This document shows, in pieces, positions 60,405-64,000 of a stretch of 64,000 bases of DNA. Origin of the DNA: Candidatus Acidiferrum sp. (GTDB lineage Bacteria > Acidobacteriota > Terriglobia > Acidiferrales > UBA7541); NCBI GenBank assembly GCA_035279725.1, contig DATEHF010000052.1:79766-143765 (forward strand), given 5' to 3'. The notes beneath the pieces were generated by a model that was not told where the DNA came from, ran no database searches, and worked only from the letters and a program-made list of their open reading frames with translations. The position numbers and the translations under genes were made by a program. Positions within the stretch are counted from its first letter, which is position 1. The number at the start of each line of letters is the position of its first letter.

Positions 60405-61490
60405 TTACGCCACGCTTTTGCACACATCTTCGTAGACACGAATCGTATTTTCGAGCATGCGCGCTGCTGAAAACCGCTGCTCCACTTCGCGGCGGCCTGC
60501 CTCGCTGAGTTTCTTTCGAAGCTCTTCATCATTGATCAGCCGCAACATCATCGCGGCAAACTCTTTGCCATTGGGTTCGGCAACCAGCGCGGTGCGTTCG
60601 CTATCCACGACCTCGCCCAATGCCCCGCGCTTTGTAGAAATGCAAGGCAGCCCCGCAGCCATTGCCGCTTGCAAGGCAGTCCCGAGCCCTTCAAACTCCG
60701 AGGGAAAGACGAACGCATCGAGCGCGGCGTAGACTTGCTCAACTTCTTTCACGAATCCTGGGAAAAGGACCGCCTCCGCCTGCTCAAGTTGTTTTGTGAG
60801 CGTCTCCAACTCCGTGCGGCAAGCACCGTCGCCCGCTAGCAAGAGCCGCGCCTCCGGATGCAGCGCCCGCACCAATGCCAGCGCCACTATCAGATGCCGC
60901 TGCCCCTTCTCCGGCACAAGCACGCTGACACAGCCAAACAAGAACTCGTTTTCTCGCACACCCCAGTGCTTGCGGGCGCTGCTCCGTTGTTCCGGAGTTC
61001 GCAATGGAAGAATTTCCACGCCCTCATTCACAATCGAAATCCGCTCTGCTGCGATGCCTGAATCGATCAGGCTTCGCCCCACATCTTTGCTGTTTGCTAA
61101 GAATCGTCTCACCGCCTGAAAGCGAGCCTGAGACACGGGGTTTTTCTGAAGTGGAAATCCGATTCGGCGTGATAGTAATAGCGGAATGCGCTTGTGCGCT
61201 TTCGCCATCCACGCCGCAGTCAACGCGTGGGGTTCATTCAGATGAATGATCTCAAAATGCTTGCCGGCGATTAGCCTGCGCATCGCAAAAGCAGCCCACG
61301 CGCGTAATCCAAATCGTGCTACTTGATGGACCTTGATACCCGCTTCCGCCGCGCGGTTCGCAAGCGGCGAATCCTGCGCCGCCAATAGCTCAATCTCATG
61401 TCCGCGCTCTTTCAATCCCCTGAGCGTCAGCAATGCCTGACTTTGCCCCCCGCGCCATTCCCGCTCCAGATCCACATACAGCACTTTCAT
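60405..61490 (-). CDS. glycosyltransferase family 4 (GT-B, group 1)
   Basis: 361 aa. N-terminal GGQSQALLTL. C-terminal EX7E-type region (FVFPSEFEGLGTALQAAMAAGLPCIST). Confidence 0.85.
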   Translation of the reverse strand: MKVLYVDLEREWRGGQSQALLTLRGLKERGHEIELLAAQDSPLANRAAEAGIKVHQVARFGLRAWAAFAMRRLIAGKHFEIIHLNEPHALTAAWMAKAHKRIPLLLSRRIGFPLQKNPVSQARFQAVRRFLANSKDVGRSLIDSGIAAERISIVNEGVEILPLRTPEQRSSARKHWGVRENEFLFGCVSVLVPEKGQRHLIVALALVRALHPEARLLLAGDGACRTELETLTKQLEQAEAVLFPGFVKEVEQVYAALDAFVFPSEFEGLGTALQAAMAAGLPCISTKRGALGEVVDSERTALVAEPNGKEFAAMMLRLINDEELRKKLSEAGRREVEQRFSAARMLENTIRVYEDVCKSVA

Positions 61491-62263
61491 GGGGTTCGAA
61501 CTCTTTCCGCGCGTCGCTCTTTGTCGATGATGCTCCCTAGTTTCTTGAATTTCAGCCAGGTGCTACGGGCCGCCATTCGCGCAATCACCCATCCGCGCGA
61601 GCCGTCAAGAAAGCCAAGTTGCAGCACAAAACTTTTGAACCAATTCCAAGGGGTTGCCAGCCACATGGCGCCCCGCCAACTGCGCTTTCCCGCGGCGTAC
61701 ATTTGCTGTGCTGCAAGCGTGGTGTACCGCTCAACTTTCTCCTCGTGCTCGGCAAACGAGCGAATTGTGTAATGGAGCAAATCTCCGCCCAGTCGTCCGG
61801 CTTTGCCTTGGAACTGCAGTGACTCGTGTACGATGCCGGAGAAACACGCTGCATCGCGCCGGAACAAACGCCGTTGCCGGTCCGGATACCATCCAGAGTG
61901 ACGGATCCAGCCGACCACGTACCAGGCGCGCCGAGCGAATTCATACACTGGATACGCCGGCTCTTTCCCTTTCCATTCAAATAATTCTTTGCGCAGTTCA
62001 GGGGTCAGCTCTTCGTCGGCGTCCAGCGAAAGAATCCAATCGTGGCTCGCGGCTGCCACAGCGGCATTCTTCTGTTCCGCAAAGTTCGTCCACGCTTTTG
62101 TGATTAGTTTTGCACCGAACTCCCGTGCTATCTCCGCCGTGCGATCCTGGCTTCCACAATCTACAACGACGATCTCGTCGGCGATTCCCACAACCGAAGT
62201 CAGCGCGCGTGGAAGATTCTGTTCCTCATTCAGCGTAATCAGGCAGGCGGAGAGGCGGTTCAT
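61487..62263 (-). CDS. glycosyltransferase family 2
   Basis: 258 aa. LSACLITLNEEQNLPRAL, VVVDCGSQDRT and the DxD-type motif LSLDADE. 4-nt overlap with the downstream GT4 gene. Confidence 0.85.
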   Translation of the reverse strand: MNRLSACLITLNEEQNLPRALTSVVGIADEIVVVDCGSQDRTAEIAREFGAKLITKAWTNFAEQKNAAVAAASHDWILSLDADEELTPELRKELFEWKGKEPAYPVYEFARRAWYVVGWIRHSGWYPDRQRRLFRRDAACFSGIVHESLQFQGKAGRLGGDLLHYTIRSFAEHEEKVERYTTLAAQQMYAAGKRSWRGAMWLATPWNWFKSFVLQLGFLDGSRGWVIARMAARSTWLKFKKLGSIIDKERRAERVRTP

Positions 62264-62362
62264 CAGACTCCAGACAATTGTGGAATCGGCGCTAGTATCT
62301 CACAAAGCCAATCGTGGGATTCGAAACTGGGAAAGGATCGCTCGCAAAAGTGCAGAGTTGGC

Positions 62363-62896
62363 CTACTTGGGCCAGAAATTCACGCGAATCAAGCTCACGC
62401 CGACCCGAAACTCACTGCCATCCTGCAACATCGCCGCGCGCACGCGTTCTTCCTCGTAGAAAGTCCCGTTCGTGGAGTCCATATCCTTGAGGTTGATGTA
62501 CGTGTCCCTAACTTCCAGCAGGCAGTGATGCCGCGAAATTTCGGGATCATTCAGAGGAATGTCCGCGCCTTTGCGGCCCAGCACAACGCGAGGCTTAGTC
62601 AGGGTGTGACTCTCACCTTTCGAAGGGCCTGTCAAAATGCTAAACACGACCTTCTTTTTTTCTGGCAGCCGGATTCCCGGATCAGGGGGCGGCAAATTCA
62701 GGTTTGAACTTGTGGAGTTGGCCCTGGCAAACGAAGGGAGGGGAGACATCACCACCGTGGAATCCACCCGCCGCTTGATTTCCACGATGGTGGTCTTGCC
62801 GCATTTCGAGCACTTGAACTGAACCTTTGTGTGGCCGCCGAACTGTCCATCCTTCAGCACGTGCTCTGTGCCGCAATGAATGCAAGCTGTCTGCAT
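62363..62896 (-). CDS. FHA-domain protein with N-terminal double zinc-ribbon
   Basis: CIHCG...CSKCG (MJ0042-type zinc finger), a linker, then FHA blocks (VVLGRKGADIPLNDPEISRHHCLL, DSTNGTF). Confidence 0.8.
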   Translation of the reverse strand: MQTACIHCGTEHVLKDGQFGGHTKVQFKCSKCGKTTIVEIKRRVDSTVVMSPLPSFARANSTSSNLNLPPPDPGIRLPEKKKVVFSILTGPSKGESHTLTKPRVVLGRKGADIPLNDPEISRHHCLLEVRDTYINLKDMDSTNGTFYEEERVRAAMLQDGSEFRVGVSLIRVNFWPK

Positions 62897-63057
62897 ACTC
62901 TAAATCTAACACCTTCTTGAGAGCCAAGTTGTAAGCGGGGAATTCTCCGGTCGGAACAGTCAATCTCCGCCGCTGCACCCTTGGGAGCGTTGCGGACCGC
63001 CAGCGACCGGAATCTTGTGTTACGATTAAAAGTTCCAGACCACTCAGGAGAGCGTGT

Positions 63058-63780
63058 GTGTCCGAGCATATTTCGCGCAAAGAACTGAAACAGGACAAAA
63101 TCAAGGAAACTATCGAGCACGGCGCCGAAGCCGTGATTTCTCATGGGCAATTCACACTCATCGTCGTGATCGTCATTTTGGCCGCGGCCCTCGGCTATGG
63201 CGGGTGGCGCTTTTACATCGATCGCCAGACCGTGGAAGCGTCCACTGCCTTCGATATTGGCATGAAGGCTTACCAAGGCCGCATCGCCCCGGCCCCAGAT
63301 CCTAACGAACCCAATGAGCCCGTCTATCCCGATGAGCCCACTCGCGTCCAGGATGCATTGCAAAAATTCACCAAGGTCGCCGACAAATATTCCAGCACTA
63401 ACCCCGGGAAACTCGCACGTTACTACACCGCGCTTTGTCTTGAAGACTTAGAGCGCCACAATCAGGCGCTTGAAGAATTGAAAAGGATCAGCGGCATCAG
63501 CGATAAGGAACTGGCGGCCATGGCCCAATATCAGATGGCCACCATTTACGCTCGTACTGGTAAGACCGATGATGCAGTCAAGGTTTACCGCGCCCTGGCG
63601 GACAAGCAAAGCGCCCTCGTGCCGCGGCCGCTGGTTTTGCTGGAACTTGCCGGTGTTCTCCGCACTTCCAATCCGAAAGAGGCGGCCAGCATCTACCAGC
63701 AGATCAAGAAGGATTTCCCGGATACTCCCATTGCAGATCAGGCCGATCGCGGCCTGGATACTCTTTCTCCGAAATCCTGA
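63058..63780 (+). CDS. membrane-anchored TPR protein (YfgM-like)
   Basis: GTG start. Single TM helix ([19 protein letters not shown]) followed by TPR-like helices ([44 protein letters not shown]). Confidence 0.62.
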   Translation: MSEHISRKELKQDKIKETIEHGAEAVISHGQFTLIVVIVILAAALGYGGWRFYIDRQTVEASTAFDIGMKAYQGRIAPAPDPNEPNEPVYPDEPTRVQDALQKFTKVADKYSSTNPGKLARYYTALCLEDLERHNQALEELKRISGISDKELAAMAQYQMATIYARTGKTDDAVKVYRALADKQSALVPRPLVLLELAGVLRTSNPKEAASIYQQIKKDFPDTPIADQADRGLDTLSPKS

Positions 63781-63821
63781 TCCGCACCCGCAGCCAAGCA
63801 TCTGCGCGGATTAGCCCGAAT

Positions 63822-64000
63822 ATGACGGAGCGGCCCATCGAAACAGTCTCCACTCCTGCTCCCTGGGCGATGCACGCGGAGCAGTCCCGCGGACGCCGAT
63901 TTCTTGAACATCCCCATCCCTATCGCAGCGATTACGCGCGTGACCGCGATCGCATCATCCATTCACGCGCTTTTCGCCGGCTGGAAGCCAAAACGCAAGT
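63822..64000 (+). CDS. dGTP triphosphohydrolase-like HD-domain protein (5' fragment, runs off the window)
   Basis: The ATG at 63822 opens [59 protein letters not shown]. The block [26 protein letters not shown] is the conserved N-terminus of the dGTPase family. Missing from the ORF track because no stop is reached. Confidence 0.75.
   Translation, partial: MTERPIETVSTPAPWAMHAEQSRGRRFLEHPHPYRSDYARDRDRIIHSRAFRRLEAKTQ

Noticed and set aside
1-64000. I searched for mobile elements, integrases, transposases, phage genes, CRISPR arrays, restriction-modification or other recognised defence genes, and for rRNA genes.
   Set aside because: No translation in any frame showed DDE, tyrosine-recombinase or serine-recombinase signatures, Cas-like or methyltransferase-endonuclease signatures. 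No spaced repeat arrays were seen. The absence is stated on the basis of by-eye inspection only.

Overview
This is a 64-kb, moderately GC-rich bacterial chromosomal segment. I call about 68 protein-coding genes and find no rRNA, tRNA, CRISPR array, transposase or integrase. Gene content suggests Acidobacteriota (inference only): CarboxypepD_reg-type TonB receptor, short EgtB/EgtD pathway, many secreted hydrolases and TPR/PilZ proteins. Housekeeping genes: ppiB, trxB, ddl, asnS, rocF, ggt, a GH57 enzyme and proline dehydrogenase. Four recognisable modules stand out. (1) An egtB-egtD ergothioneine pair sits divergent to a betaine-type ABC importer. (2) A Hen1-Pnkp RNA repair cassette. (3) A cysM-mec-cysO-moeZ sulfur-carrier cysteine pathway whose CysO carries a GG-CI tail. 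(4) A VapBC toxin-antitoxin pair. The window also holds two c-di-GMP-related groupings and an ArsR-headed stress cluster. I found no convincing defence island or mobile element. The best candidates for undescribed biology are: the ergothioneine-transporter pairing; a promoter-plus-terminator small transcript in an AT-rich intergenic region; an (AGTCACN)4 heptad array abutting the arginase ribosome-binding site; a translationally coupled pair of low-complexity Ala/Pro/Thr/Gln-rich proteins; and a receiver-like / pilin-like exported protein / PilZ grouping. All functional calls rest on motifs read from the translations and on remembered family features; no database search was run. Many ORF-track N-termini were trimmed to internal starts supported by signal peptides, Shine-Dalgarno sequences or neighbour overlap.
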